Shown piece after piece: positions 17,898-26,893 of a stretch of 54,297 nucleotides of DNA (position 1 is the stretch's first letter; the number at the start of each line of letters is the position of its first letter). The translations under genes and the position numbers were made by a program. The notes beneath the pieces are model-generated. The model saw only the letters and a program-made list of their open reading frames with translations, was not told the DNA's origin and searched no databases. The stretch is from a virus (Duplodnaviria > Caudoviricetes): positions 1 through 54,297 of the IMG/VR virus record IMGVR_UViG_3300009169_000027; one strand, given 5' to 3'.

Positions 17898-18419
17898 TCA
17901 GTGGTTGTACACGACCTCGAGTTCGCCGCGGCGGACGAGGTGGAACTGGCGGCTGATGGTGTGGTCCGACACCGGGAAGTGTGCGGCGTGCAGCAGCTCG
18001 AACACCTCGCGGCGGGTGAGCGTGTTGCCGGCGGCGTCGTGCCAGGCAGCCAGGGCGCGAACGGCGGAAACCTTGTTCGAACCGGCCTTGATACCGTGGG
18101 CGAGATACTTTGCGGCAGCTTGAGTCTTGGACATGGTGGGCTCCTTCGTGAGCGTGGTGGGGGGAGTAAGCAGGGACGGGAACGCATCGCGGCCGCCGCG
18201 GCTGGCGACGTAAGCCTTGAGCTCGGTAACGTGTTCGGTTTCCGAGGCGGTGAGTTCGCCGTTGTCTGACTGCCGGTTCTCGTAGCCAGCCAGTTCGAAG
18301 CAAGCGGTGCACAGGTGGCACTGGACGGAATCGCCGTTGCCGTCGTCGCGGGTCTTGACGCCGCAAGCCTTGCAGGTGTAGCAGCCGGAGCCGCGGGTGA
18401 AGGTGGTGGTGCGTGCCAT
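17898..18419 (-). CDS. Zn-finger plus HTH-like protein; internal in-frame start at 18134
   Basis: CYTCKAC...CHLCTAC N-terminus; AAGGAG before in-frame ATG 18134. Confidence 0.7.
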   Translation of the reverse strand: MARTTTFTRGSGCYTCKACGVKTRDDGNGDSVQCHLCTACFELAGYENRQSDNGELTASETEHVTELKAYVASRGGRDAFPSLLTPPTTLTKEPTMSKTQAAAKYLAHGIKAGSNKVSAVRALAAWHDAAGNTLTRREVFELLHAAHFPVSDHTISRQFHLVRRGELEVVYNH

Positions 18420-18521
18420 GATGAGGTCCTTTCTGGGGGTGGTGAACGAATGAGTAGACTGTAGTGGGCAGGAGCTCATGGTGTCAACAACTATTTTGAG
18501 CTCCAAACCCTCAGAGGGTCT
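18420..18521 (-). promoter_or_regulatory. Promoter cassette 8: palindrome-25bp-TTGACA-18-TACAGT-leader
   Basis: Centre 18513, -35 at 18482-18487, -10 at 18458-18463. Confidence 0.85.
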
Positions 18522-18714
18522 GGGTGCGGTAACCCAGTTCCTCCGGCGTCGGTTGCCGCTGCCTGGGAGCGACCGCTGTCCACGAGCCGTTGACGTAGCG
18601 GCCCGAGTAACCCCGGACCGAGAAGCTGAACGTGTCGGGCGGTATGAGTAGCCCCGCATAGGGGCCACCACGAGCCGGAACGCGCTTGGCGTTGGGTGTG
18701 GTGGTGAACCCCAT
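18511..18714 (-). CDS. Hypothetical protein
   Basis: Follows the SSB-like gene; stop TGA lies inside the cassette 8 palindrome. Confidence 0.55.
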   Translation of the reverse strand: MGFTTTPNAKRVPARGGPYAGLLIPPDTFSFSVRGYSGRYVNGSWTAVAPRQRQPTPEELGYRTQTL

Positions 18715-18715
18715 A

Positions 18716-19573
18716 TCAGAAGTGTCCGTCCGCACCGACACCGGGGCCGACCTCACCGGTCTCCGGGTCCACCCGTTCGGCCTGCCGCATGTCGGCCTTG
18801 ACCTCGCCCTGATGGATCGACTTCGCAAACGCGAGCGCGGCCTGGAATGCCGGGTCCTCGCGGTCCTCGAAATAGCCGACGTGTTCGAACTTCCAGCCGT
18901 ACCACGATCCCTTCTCATTGGATTCCGGGACCGTCGATACGCGCCACATTGATGCGAACAGCGGCGGCGTGTATTGGACGCCGTAACTGTTGCGCAGCTT
19001 CAGCAGGTTCATCTGCATGTACCACTGCCGAGCCTTCTTGATCTGGGTCGACGTCATGGCGATGACAGCCGGCGTGACGGTCATGCTGTCCATGTCGTAC
19101 ACGAGCACGTAGAAGGTCCGCGTGTCGTTGAGCTGGTTGCCGTTCGGCATGATCTCGCGATTCTTGTCGTCGCGCTCGGTCTGGATGCTCGGGTTCTCGC
19201 GGTACTCGCGAACGAACCCGCCGCCCTTCTCGCGCACGCGCCACTCGACCCACGAATACTGGTACGCGCACGGGACAACGATCAGTTCCTTCTTTTCCGT
19301 GTCGATCAACTCGCGCGTGACGGTGTTGATGATCATGCCCTCTTGCGCGCCTTCGATGTACGCGCCGTCGCTGCGCTTCACCTCCGGGCTCAGGCCCTGC
19401 AGGATGGCCAGGAACGGGATGGCGTAGTCTTCTTTACGCGCACCTTCGAACCCAGCCCCCGCGAACTCGGCGAAGTCTCCCGCTGATGTCGGGACGACAG
19501 CGGTCTTGGGTGGCACCGCCACTTCCGTCGTCTTCTTGGCCGCTGGGGCCTCGGCCTGCTTTTGCTTGCTCAT
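18716..19573 (-). CDS. ssDNA-binding/annealing-like protein
   Basis: AGAGFEG...IPFLAILQGLSPEV...NEKGSWYGW; acidic tail with DPETGEV, ending in F. Confidence 0.6.
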   Translation of the reverse strand: MSKQKQAEAPAAKKTTEVAVPPKTAVVPTSAGDFAEFAGAGFEGARKEDYAIPFLAILQGLSPEVKRSDGAYIEGAQEGMIINTVTRELIDTEKKELIVVPCAYQYSWVEWRVREKGGGFVREYRENPSIQTERDDKNREIMPNGNQLNDTRTFYVLVYDMDSMTVTPAVIAMTSTQIKKARQWYMQMNLLKLRNSYGVQYTPPLFASMWRVSTVPESNEKGSWYGWKFEHVGYFEDREDPAFQAALAFAKSIHQGEVKADMRQAERVDPETGEVGPGVGADGHF

Positions 19574-20112
19574 TTCTTTGGTTCCTTTACTTCCGCCTTT
19601 TTGAACTGGTAAATGCTGATGGCGGTCGGCGGCGTAACACCCTCCTCCAGCATCCCTCGGACCAGCGACTTCAGGGTCGCCGCGTGAACCGATTCCTTTA
19701 CACCGAACTCGATGTCCCACTTCTGCAGCGACGCGATCAGACGGCGCTGGTGCGCCTCGTCCACCGCCCGCAGGTCTACCATGAGGTCGCTCTTGATAAC
19801 CTCACCGTGGCCGTTGTCGCGCAGCCAGGCGTACGCCTCCGCCGCGTTCGCTTGGTTGACCGTCACCTTGAGGTCATCCTTGACCTTGAGGAGTGATCCG
19901 TCGGTCAACCGCATCTCGGTCAACCCAGCAGCGGCCATCGCATCGGGGACGTCGAACATCGTGAGCTTGTTGAGGTCCGTCGTGCACTGGTCCACGAGCG
20001 ATTGATACTCGGCCTGGAGCCGCGTAAGTTCGCGTATCCGCGCCACCAGCGCTGCGACGTTGTCCAGCAGGTGAGGGGCCGGGGCCACGTTGATATCGCT
20101 GAAGTCAGCCAT
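19570..20112 (-). CDS. Conserved phage replication-region protein
   Basis: VPDAMAAAGL...AYAWLRDNGHGEVIK...VHAATLKS; overlaps the SSB-like gene. Confidence 0.65.
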   Translation of the reverse strand: MADFSDINVAPAPHLLDNVAALVARIRELTRLQAEYQSLVDQCTTDLNKLTMFDVPDAMAAAGLTEMRLTDGSLLKVKDDLKVTVNQANAAEAYAWLRDNGHGEVIKSDLMVDLRAVDEAHQRRLIASLQKWDIEFGVKESVHAATLKSLVRGMLEEGVTPPTAISIYQFKKAEVKEPKK

Positions 20113-20479
20113 GCTCGAGCTCCTCCGCAACGCGGTGTCCGTGGATATCCATCGGCACCACAACGTAACTCCGGGTCGGCTTGTCCCAGACCAGCATGTT
20201 GACGCGCCCGCCGTTCTTGGCAGCGGCGATCGCCACGGCCGCACCGATCTCCGCCGGACCCCCAATGGCGAGGATGTAATCGCGGTCTGAATAGTTGCGC
20301 AGCTTGTAACGCAGTGTCGTGATCATCGGTGCGGTTGAGGTGATCACCGGGCCGCCTGGCAGCAGTTCGATGATCTGACCGTAACGCAGCGCCGGTTCGA
20401 TGTTGAACCGATCAACGAGCTCCCCCGTTTCGTTATGGCGGCGTTTCGTACTCTGTACGAGATAGACTTTGTTCATCAC
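20105..20479 (-). CDS. Hypothetical protein
   Basis: Leader ACCCAAGAAAGG. Confidence 0.7.
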   Translation of the reverse strand: MMNKVYLVQSTKRRHNETGELVDRFNIEPALRYGQIIELLPGGPVITSTAPMITTLRYKLRNYSDRDYILAIGGPAEIGAAVAIAAAKNGGRVNMLVWDKPTRSYVVVPMDIHGHRVAEELEHG

Positions 20480-20511
20480 GTTTCCTTTCTTGGGTCAGGG
20501 GTCGGTCCCCA

Positions 20512-22053
20512 CTATACCGCCACCGCGGCCCCAGCGATCCGTCGGAGTAGAACCTTTTCGTGTACGTCCTGCGCCGTCTGCATACAGCGCACAACGTCCT
20601 CGTCTACGCTGTTCTCAGCCATGATGTCCACCACGTTCACCGTGAGCGCTCCTGCAGTGCGCGCGAGGCGGGCGATCGCTTGCTCCCGGTCGGTGTAACT
20701 ATAGTCGTTGGAGTAGAAGATCATGTAAGAGGACACGCGTTGCAATCCATCGAGCCCGGTGCCGCCCGCCTTGATCTGGCCGACAAAGAAACGACAGTCC
20801 GGATCGTTGATGAACCGCGCTTTGTTTTCCGTCCGATCGCGGCCGCTCACGGAGCCATGATAGGGCACCAAGCTGTTCAGCCCGTAACGCTCCGCTAGAG
20901 CAGACGTTACGGCCAGAATCTCTGCCGTGAACTTGCACCAGATCACAACCTTCTCGAGGGGGCCGAGCTCCTCGAGGATATCCATGAGCTCGTTGAGCTT
21001 TGGATTGATGTCGCAGACCGGGGTGGCGTTAGGGTCGTCGTCGTTCGGCGCGAACCCTCCGACAACCTGGCACAACCGTGTAGCCAGCGCCAGCCCGCTA
21101 TCGGCCGTGAGCAAGCCGTCGTTGTGCTCGACCACGCCGAGGCTCGTCAACTGGTCGTAGAACGTACGCTGCTCGAGCGTGAGTTGCACGTAACGGGTGG
21201 ACAGCAGAACCTCCGGCTCCTTACCATCGAGGTCGGCGAGCGAGAGGAACGAGGACCACTCCATCACGCGCCGCCGCAGGTGCTCGAGGTTGCGATAGAT
21301 CGGGCGATCCTCGGTGTCCTTGGCGATGATCTGGGGCACGATCGTCTTGCCCGTCTTTTTCTTGAAGTCGTCGGCGATCTTTTTGACGAGGCCGTTATCG
21401 GGCGGCAGCATCTCCGCGTACATACTTTTGAACGAGGACAGCGACTGGTAGCCGAGCAGTCCGTGCTGCAGCAACTCGAACTGCCCAAACGCAGTGAACG
21501 GATTCTGGCGCAGCAGTGTGCCCGTGGAGATGCGTCGATACTTGGCGAGCGCGGCCAGCTTCAACACCGCACGCCATCCGGCGCTCTTGGTGTTGGAGAC
21601 CCAGTGCGACTCATCGATGATCAGCAGCGTGCGGTAAGCGTTCATTAGAGCGTGCGCGAGCTCCCCGCCCTTTTTCGTTTGCACGCCCTCGAAGGATAGC
21701 GTCAGCACGCGCAGGGCCATGTCCCGCGTGGCCAGCGCCCGCGTTAGCTTGTCCATCGCACGGATACCGATGCCTGACGAGTACGCTCCGCCCTTCCACG
21801 GTATCGACTCGGGGAGGTGGACAGGGATGCCCTCGTCCACCCACTGCCGGTGAACGCCGTTCGGCGCGATCACGACGAGCGCGTCGATCTCACCGGCCGC
21901 GTAGAGCAGTCCCGCCGTGTCGAGCCCGATCTTGGTTTTGCCAGTGCCAGGGCGGCACAGGAACGCCCACTTGCGTTCGCGCCACGACGCCTCAATGACG
22001 TCGCGTTGCTTACCTTTCGGCTCCGTCTTGTAGCTATAGGCCGGACGATCCAT
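20512..22053 (-). CDS. SNF2-like SF2 helicase
   Basis: PGTGKT, IIDESH, STGT, KVVIWCKF, GGTGLDGLQ, QAIARLAR. Confidence 0.88.
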   Translation of the reverse strand: MDRPAYSYKTEPKGKQRDVIEASWRERKWAFLCRPGTGKTKIGLDTAGLLYAAGEIDALVVIAPNGVHRQWVDEGIPVHLPESIPWKGGAYSSGIGIRAMDKLTRALATRDMALRVLTLSFEGVQTKKGGELAHALMNAYRTLLIIDESHWVSNTKSAGWRAVLKLAALAKYRRISTGTLLRQNPFTAFGQFELLQHGLLGYQSLSSFKSMYAEMLPPDNGLVKKIADDFKKKTGKTIVPQIIAKDTEDRPIYRNLEHLRRRVMEWSSFLSLADLDGKEPEVLLSTRYVQLTLEQRTFYDQLTSLGVVEHNDGLLTADSGLALATRLCQVVGGFAPNDDDPNATPVCDINPKLNELMDILEELGPLEKVVIWCKFTAEILAVTSALAERYGLNSLVPYHGSVSGRDRTENKARFINDPDCRFFVGQIKAGGTGLDGLQRVSSYMIFYSNDYSYTDREQAIARLARTAGALTVNVVDIMAENSVDEDVVRCMQTAQDVHEKVLLRRIAGAAVAV

Positions 22054-22226
22054 CACTCCTCCAGTTCGTGCATTAGGGCAGCGTACGCCGTTGCATACAG
22101 TGCTGCCACCGTACACCAGAACAAGGTCAGGAACGGTATCTTGTCGACGTAATAAGCGGCGACGCTAAGGAGCACCGAGACCCACTGGCAGGTAGCCGCC
22201 GCAGTGTACAGGTGATAACGTTTCAT
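22053..22226 (-). CDS. 57-aa two-TM membrane protein (not in ORF track)
   Basis: MKRYHLYTAAATCQWVSVLLSVAAYYVDKIPFLTLFWCTVAALYATAYAALMHELEE; TGATG overlap with the helicase start. Confidence 0.55.
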   Translation of the reverse strand: MKRYHLYTAAATCQWVSVLLSVAAYYVDKIPFLTLFWCTVAALYATAYAALMHELEE

Positions 22227-22230
22227 CGCG

Positions 22231-22653
22231 TCAACTGATCGCGAGCAACTCGCTCTCCAGCAGTTCGCGGAGCTCGGCGATCAGGACGTCATTTGAATGT
22301 ATCGGCCGCGTCTGCTCTCGGTGGTACACGAGTCCGGTTAAGGCTCGGCGCAACAGCTTCCTTTCTTTCTCAACCAGTTTCATGGCGTCGCTGGATACAG
22401 CCGGGTCGAGTGCGATCACGCAGTGCCAATGAATTAACCGATTGAGCGACTCGCGCGGGGAGTCGCTCGCGGTCATGTGGCAGACGACAAGCATGTCGTC
22501 TACGGCTCGGCGCCAGTCGCAGCGCCCCTCGTGCGGCCCGTCAACCATCGGTAACGCCTCCATTTCCGCGATCGCTTTTGACATTTGCCGGATCAACTGA
22601 AACAGCCTCGTGTTGGTGTCGTTCATACACTCTCCGTAATTGGTTTTCATCAC
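22231..22653 (-). CDS. Hypothetical protein
   Basis: Operon packing. Confidence 0.55.
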   Translation of the reverse strand: MMKTNYGECMNDTNTRLFQLIRQMSKAIAEMEALPMVDGPHEGRCDWRRAVDDMLVVCHMTASDSPRESLNRLIHWHCVIALDPAVSSDAMKLVEKERKLLRRALTGLVYHREQTRPIHSNDVLIAELRELLESELLAIS

Positions 22654-23066
22654 GTCACCCGATCGCGTAGTTCATCGATCGCTGCCGCGGTCTGCTCCGT
22701 TATCGCTGCTACCTTCAAGAAGCACAATGTCGCGTGCTGCTCGGCTTTCGCTCGGCGCTCGCGATACCGCGCCTGCCGTTGTGCCTGCGTCATCTTGGGC
22801 ACGCGGTAGTCCTTGGTATCTGGCCGCCACTGGTAGACGTGGATACACCGGTTCCCGTTCCCCGACATCAGCAGGTCCACGATCGCCACGAGCTTCTGCT
22901 TGCGCATGGCCTTGATGTAGCCCCGGATCGTGCTCTGAGAGAGCCCCGTTTCCTCTACGAGCTCCGCCATCGTGTGCGGCCCGTCCCAGAGCGTGCGCAT
23001 CAGCACGGCATTGGTGTTCCAGCTAATGCGCGGGCGCGGGCCGTATCGATCGTGAGGCTGAATCAT
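22650..23066 (-). CDS. Winged-HTH DNA-binding protein
   Basis: GPHTMAELVEETGLSQSTIRGYIKAMRKQKLV. Confidence 0.75.
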   Translation of the reverse strand: MIQPHDRYGPRPRISWNTNAVLMRTLWDGPHTMAELVEETGLSQSTIRGYIKAMRKQKLVAIVDLLMSGNGNRCIHVYQWRPDTKDYRVPKMTQAQRQARYRERRAKAEQHATLCFLKVAAITEQTAAAIDELRDRVT

Positions 23067-23416
23067 TTCGGCCCCACCATGTAGGTCGGCGGTGTCGGCA
23101 GCCAAGCGTTTGTTGGCCGCCATAGGTGCAGGCAAGTGGCGTGGCAGTTCACGTAATCCTCCGCTGCCGGGTGATACTGGACAACGCAATCGCTCGCGTC
23201 CCAGAACAACGCTTTAATGTGGCACATTTCGTCCCACGTCGGGCACCGGTCCTGCAAGCTCACGCTCACGTGGTCCCAGCCCTCCTGGTCGCTGGCGATC
23301 ACGTTGAAGACCTGGGTGCCGTCCGGGATACGGAAAGCACCGTTGTTGCCGTATCGCTTGTCACTGGCATAGGGGCCAGTCGTAACGCGGAAGCGCTCGG
23401 GTACTTTGAAACTCAT
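23063..23416 (-). CDS. Conserved phage protein (DUF7694-like)
   Basis: GWDHVSVS...RCPTWDEMC...QYHP...YVNCH..CLHLW. Confidence 0.7.
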   Translation of the reverse strand: MSFKVPERFRVTTGPYASDKRYGNNGAFRIPDGTQVFNVIASDQEGWDHVSVSLQDRCPTWDEMCHIKALFWDASDCVVQYHPAAEDYVNCHATCLHLWRPTNAWLPTPPTYMVGPK

Positions 23417-23572
23417 TTAATTCCTCCGACCTTTCTGGGATTTGACGGCGCCCACTTTACAGCGCCGGCCGATGGATCGCTAGCCCAATTTGGACTCTCT
23501 AGGGTAACGGCGCCTGGGACCGGGGGTGGTTTACGGTTAACCTATCGACCCACCCAAGAAAGGACCGAATGA

Positions 23573-24505
23573 ATGAACTCCGAGATACTGGCAACCCTGT
23601 TCAGCAACATGGACGAAGGAGAGCGTGCTGTGTTGTGTAGCGTAGAAGGTGACCCAAGCCTGACAACACGATGGCCGGGCATCGCGTGGCGTAAAGGCAG
23701 CAAGTGCCACCTGCGACCGGACTGCAACAACTACGCTGCGGTCAGCAGCTTCCGGCCAAACGAACGCGGGGAATGGCGGCGAAAGAAAGACCAGTTCGGG
23801 GCCATGCATCTTGTGATGGTCGATGATATCGGAACCAAGATCGACACCGCGGTTATGGCCCGGACGCGGTTGATACCGACGCTTTTGGTGGAGACCAGCC
23901 CCGGTAACTTCCAGGCCGTTTTTAAGCTCACGGAACCGCAGCGCGACATCGCCGAGGCTACCGCCTTGATCGATGCGATGATCGTCAAGCTAACGGGTGG
24001 GGGCCTCGACCCCGGTATGTCCGGCGTTACCCGTGTCTTCCGCCTCCCCGTCGGCGTGAACGGCAAACCCAAGCATAATGGCTGGCAGTGCCGCTCAGCA
24101 CTTTGGTTCCCCAACCAGACCACGTCGTTTGAACACCTCCGCGCGGTGTTCGCTCCGTCGGTGCAGCACACAACGTACGTTGAACCGAATGATGCCGTAA
24201 CGGTAGAACGCAAACGCGGCTTCAACATCATCCTCCAAGCGGCCCGCGAGCTCCGGATCGTCAAACAGTCGCACCGGGCTTGGGTGGATATCCGGTGCCC
24301 CTGGATTGCTGAGCACAGCGACCGATCGGATACAGGCACAGCGATCGCCCTCCCCGCCAGGGCCAATGGGTATATGGGCGGATTTCGCTGCCACCACGGA
24401 CATTGCCAGGGCCGGGGGCTGGCTGAGTTCGAGGGCTGGCTACACGACTCACTCGCAGCCCGTGCTCGCGCCACACGCGGGACGTTTACAGGAAAACCAA
24501 AATGA
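23573..24505 (+). CDS. RepB-like (AEP superfamily) primase with C-terminal Zn-binding motif
   Basis: VMVDDIG, VETSPGNFQ, TRVFRLP; CPW..EH...CHHGHC. Confidence 0.8.
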   Translation: MNSEILATLFSNMDEGERAVLCSVEGDPSLTTRWPGIAWRKGSKCHLRPDCNNYAAVSSFRPNERGEWRRKKDQFGAMHLVMVDDIGTKIDTAVMARTRLIPTLLVETSPGNFQAVFKLTEPQRDIAEATALIDAMIVKLTGGGLDPGMSGVTRVFRLPVGVNGKPKHNGWQCRSALWFPNQTTSFEHLRAVFAPSVQHTTYVEPNDAVTVERKRGFNIILQAARELRIVKQSHRAWVDIRCPWIAEHSDRSDTGTAIALPARANGYMGGFRCHHGHCQGRGLAEFEGWLHDSLAARARATRGTFTGKPK

Positions 24506-26295
24506 CCGACGTCACGCGCATGTTTCAACAGATGGCCGACGAGCTTGATCGTCAACGATCGTTGGAACCAGAAGGCAAACCGGAGGAGGTAGACGCCCCG
24601 AACCTTCTGCGATACGAGTCGCTGCGTGGTGCAGGTGGGACAACAGACAAGGCGCTAGCGGACATGTTTCTGCGTCGCTATCAGCACCTGTTCTGTAATG
24701 GCGACGGGCAAATATACATGTTCGTCCAAACGTCGAGGCGATGGGTGCGCGAGGAGTTGGACACCCACATATACAGCCACGTCATTCACATGTCCGGCAT
24801 CTTCTACACCGAGCTTGCGGTCATCGAGGACCAGATACGGGTAGCCGAGGCGGCCGGTAACGAGGAGGAGTTGGGACGGCTGCGCGAGCGCCGCGCCAGC
24901 ATTCACAAGGTCATCATTCACTGCGAAAAGGGACGCACGATCGGCACCATAACCAAAATGGTCAGCTCCAAGCTAAAGACGCTGCTGGACGGCCAACGTG
25001 CGAAGATGAACCCAGACCCCGAATTGCTGGCGTGTACGAACGGGGTCGTCAACCTGCGCACAGGGGAGCTCCGGTGGCCGAAACTGGAGGACCGGATCAC
25101 CCGCACAGCCGGGGCTCCTTATGTGCCAGCGATCGACATGACATGGTGGCGGCAGGTCATCATCGACATTTGCGGCGGTGACGAGGACCTGGCGTCCTTT
25201 CTGCAGGTCTGGTTCGGATACTGCGTCACAGGGTACACGCGCGAGCACTGCATGGCGGTGATGTTCGGTAGCGGTCGCAACGGCAAGAATATGATCATGG
25301 ACGCCGTGGCCGCGGCGCTCGGTCAGTACAGCATCTCCATCGCAGCATCGTTTCTCGAGGCACAAGGTGGGACGAACAGCGGGAACGACAACAATCAACT
25401 CTATATGATGGCGCAGCTCGATGGCATTCGCATGGCGTACGTTAGCGAGACTGGCGAAAAAGGGAAGCTCAAAGAATCCGTCGTTAAGAGCCTCACAGGC
25501 GACAAGAGCGTTCGGGCGCGACTGGCTTACGAGAACTTCTACGAGTTCGAGATTACGCACAAGTTCACCATTGGGACGAACAACAAGCCCGAAATCAGCG
25601 GGACCGACGACGGTGTGTGGGAGCGCATCAGGTTGATCCCGATGCGTGTGAAGTTCGGGACCGAGGAGGAACTGGCCGGCGGTGTGGCCCAGCAGCTAAA
25701 GAACCCGGAGTTCGTTGACGCAGCCAGGTCCCCCCGTGTACGCGAGCAGGTGCTGGCGTGGCTGGTGGAGGGGGCGCGTACGTACCTCGAGAAGGGCCTG
25801 TCGATATACACCCCGAAGTCGGTCGCCACCGAGACCACCCTCTACAGGCGCGAACAGGACACGCTAGGGCAGTTTCTGCAGATGGTCAGTGTGTGGGTAT
25901 CGTTCGAGGAGTGCCAGCGCGTTCAAGAGCGTTCTGATGCGATCCTGCGCGGCCCCGATCGTAACTCCCACGCCAAGCTCACTGACGATCAGTTGCTGCT
26001 GGTGGACAAGATGGACCTCTGGCGCACGTATACGGTATGGGCGGAAGATAACGGGCACCATGCGATGTCATCGACCATGTTCGCCAGACGAATTACCAGC
26101 GCGCAGCGATTCTGGATTCAGGACGATGGGACCGAGAAAGTGATGAAGCGGCTGGAAGCGATGCGCATGGCGCGTGGGTATCGCTACAGGTATTTCCGCT
26201 GGAGCGAGGCCGGCCTGCGCTACCGGGACCACGCCCGGCGCACGAACAAGATGCGATTCGAGGGGGCACACGATGAGGCACAGGGCGCTTTTTAG
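24502..26295 (+). CDS. P4/D5-family SF3 helicase
   Basis: NGVVNLRTG; Walker A GSGRNGKN; KSLTGD..RAR; TNNKP...DDGVWERI. Confidence 0.9.
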   Translation: MTDVTRMFQQMADELDRQRSLEPEGKPEEVDAPNLLRYESLRGAGGTTDKALADMFLRRYQHLFCNGDGQIYMFVQTSRRWVREELDTHIYSHVIHMSGIFYTELAVIEDQIRVAEAAGNEEELGRLRERRASIHKVIIHCEKGRTIGTITKMVSSKLKTLLDGQRAKMNPDPELLACTNGVVNLRTGELRWPKLEDRITRTAGAPYVPAIDMTWWRQVIIDICGGDEDLASFLQVWFGYCVTGYTREHCMAVMFGSGRNGKNMIMDAVAAALGQYSISIAASFLEAQGGTNSGNDNNQLYMMAQLDGIRMAYVSETGEKGKLKESVVKSLTGDKSVRARLAYENFYEFEITHKFTIGTNNKPEISGTDDGVWERIRLIPMRVKFGTEEELAGGVAQQLKNPEFVDAARSPRVREQVLAWLVEGARTYLEKGLSIYTPKSVATETTLYRREQDTLGQFLQMVSVWVSFEECQRVQERSDAILRGPDRNSHAKLTDDQLLLVDKMDLWRTYTVWAEDNGHHAMSSTMFARRITSAQRFWIQDDGTEKVMKRLEAMRMARGYRYRYFRWSEAGLRYRDHARRTNKMRFEGAHDEAQGAF

Positions 26296-26690
26296 CCGGT
26301 GGGGTAGGGGAGTGCCGGGTGGCCCCGAAAAAGCTCAGGATCGGCCCAAAACCGGGCTTGCTGGGGGTTCTAGACCAGCCCCCCTCCCTGAGGCCTGGGG
26401 TGGGCCGAAAACCTGCCGGGGTGGGGGTGGGGCAGATCGGGTGGAAGCGGGTACGAACGGCGGGTCGTTGTGCGTGGGCCACACCGGTAGGTGGGAACCC
26501 TCGGCGGTCATGTGGGTTATGGGGGGGTCCAACTTGGTATGACCCCCCACTTCCCAAACCTTTACAACTACGACCCCCCTATATGGGACTTTCCCAAAAC
26601 CCCAAAAAACATGGTATGACCCAACACAACCCAACATGACCGGGTTATCCCTCGGTTTGAAACTGGCCCGGTGTGGCTTGACGGAGGTAG
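26296..26690. other. Largest non-coding region; candidate origin or packaging site
   Basis: G-runs then C/A-runs; repeated GGTATGACCC and TTCCCAAA; lies between helicase and terS. Confidence 0.4.
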
Positions 26691-26692
26691 GT

Positions 26693-26893
26693 ATGGGACG
26701 ACTGGATTCACTGAACAAAAGGCGCTTCGACAGCGCGCAATCTGCGTGGGAGAACCTCGCACCGGATGACGATGAATGGCCCTGCGGTGTTGACGGGGAG
26801 CCGTTGACGCCTGAACAAGTGGAGGAGCTGAACAAGCGGGATTATGAGGACATACTGGCCGACCAATTCGAGCACACGCGGAAATACTGGTGA
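26693..26893 (+). CDS. Small acidic hypothetical protein
   Basis: GGAGG RBS. Confidence 0.6.
   Translation: MGRLDSLNKRRFDSAQSAWENLAPDDDEWPCGVDGEPLTPEQVEELNKRDYEDILADQFEHTRKYW

Noticed and set aside
13826-18521. Repeats as a CRISPR array
   Set aside because: Units are separated by whole genes of variable length, contain promoter and RBS elements, and no cas genes are present
13826-18521. Repeats as integron attC sites
   Set aside because: No RYYYAAC/GTTRRRY pair with attC geometry and no integrase; each unit has its own promoter
26693-26893. Acidic small protein as a DNA mimic
   Set aside because: Acidic excess is modest and there is no other support
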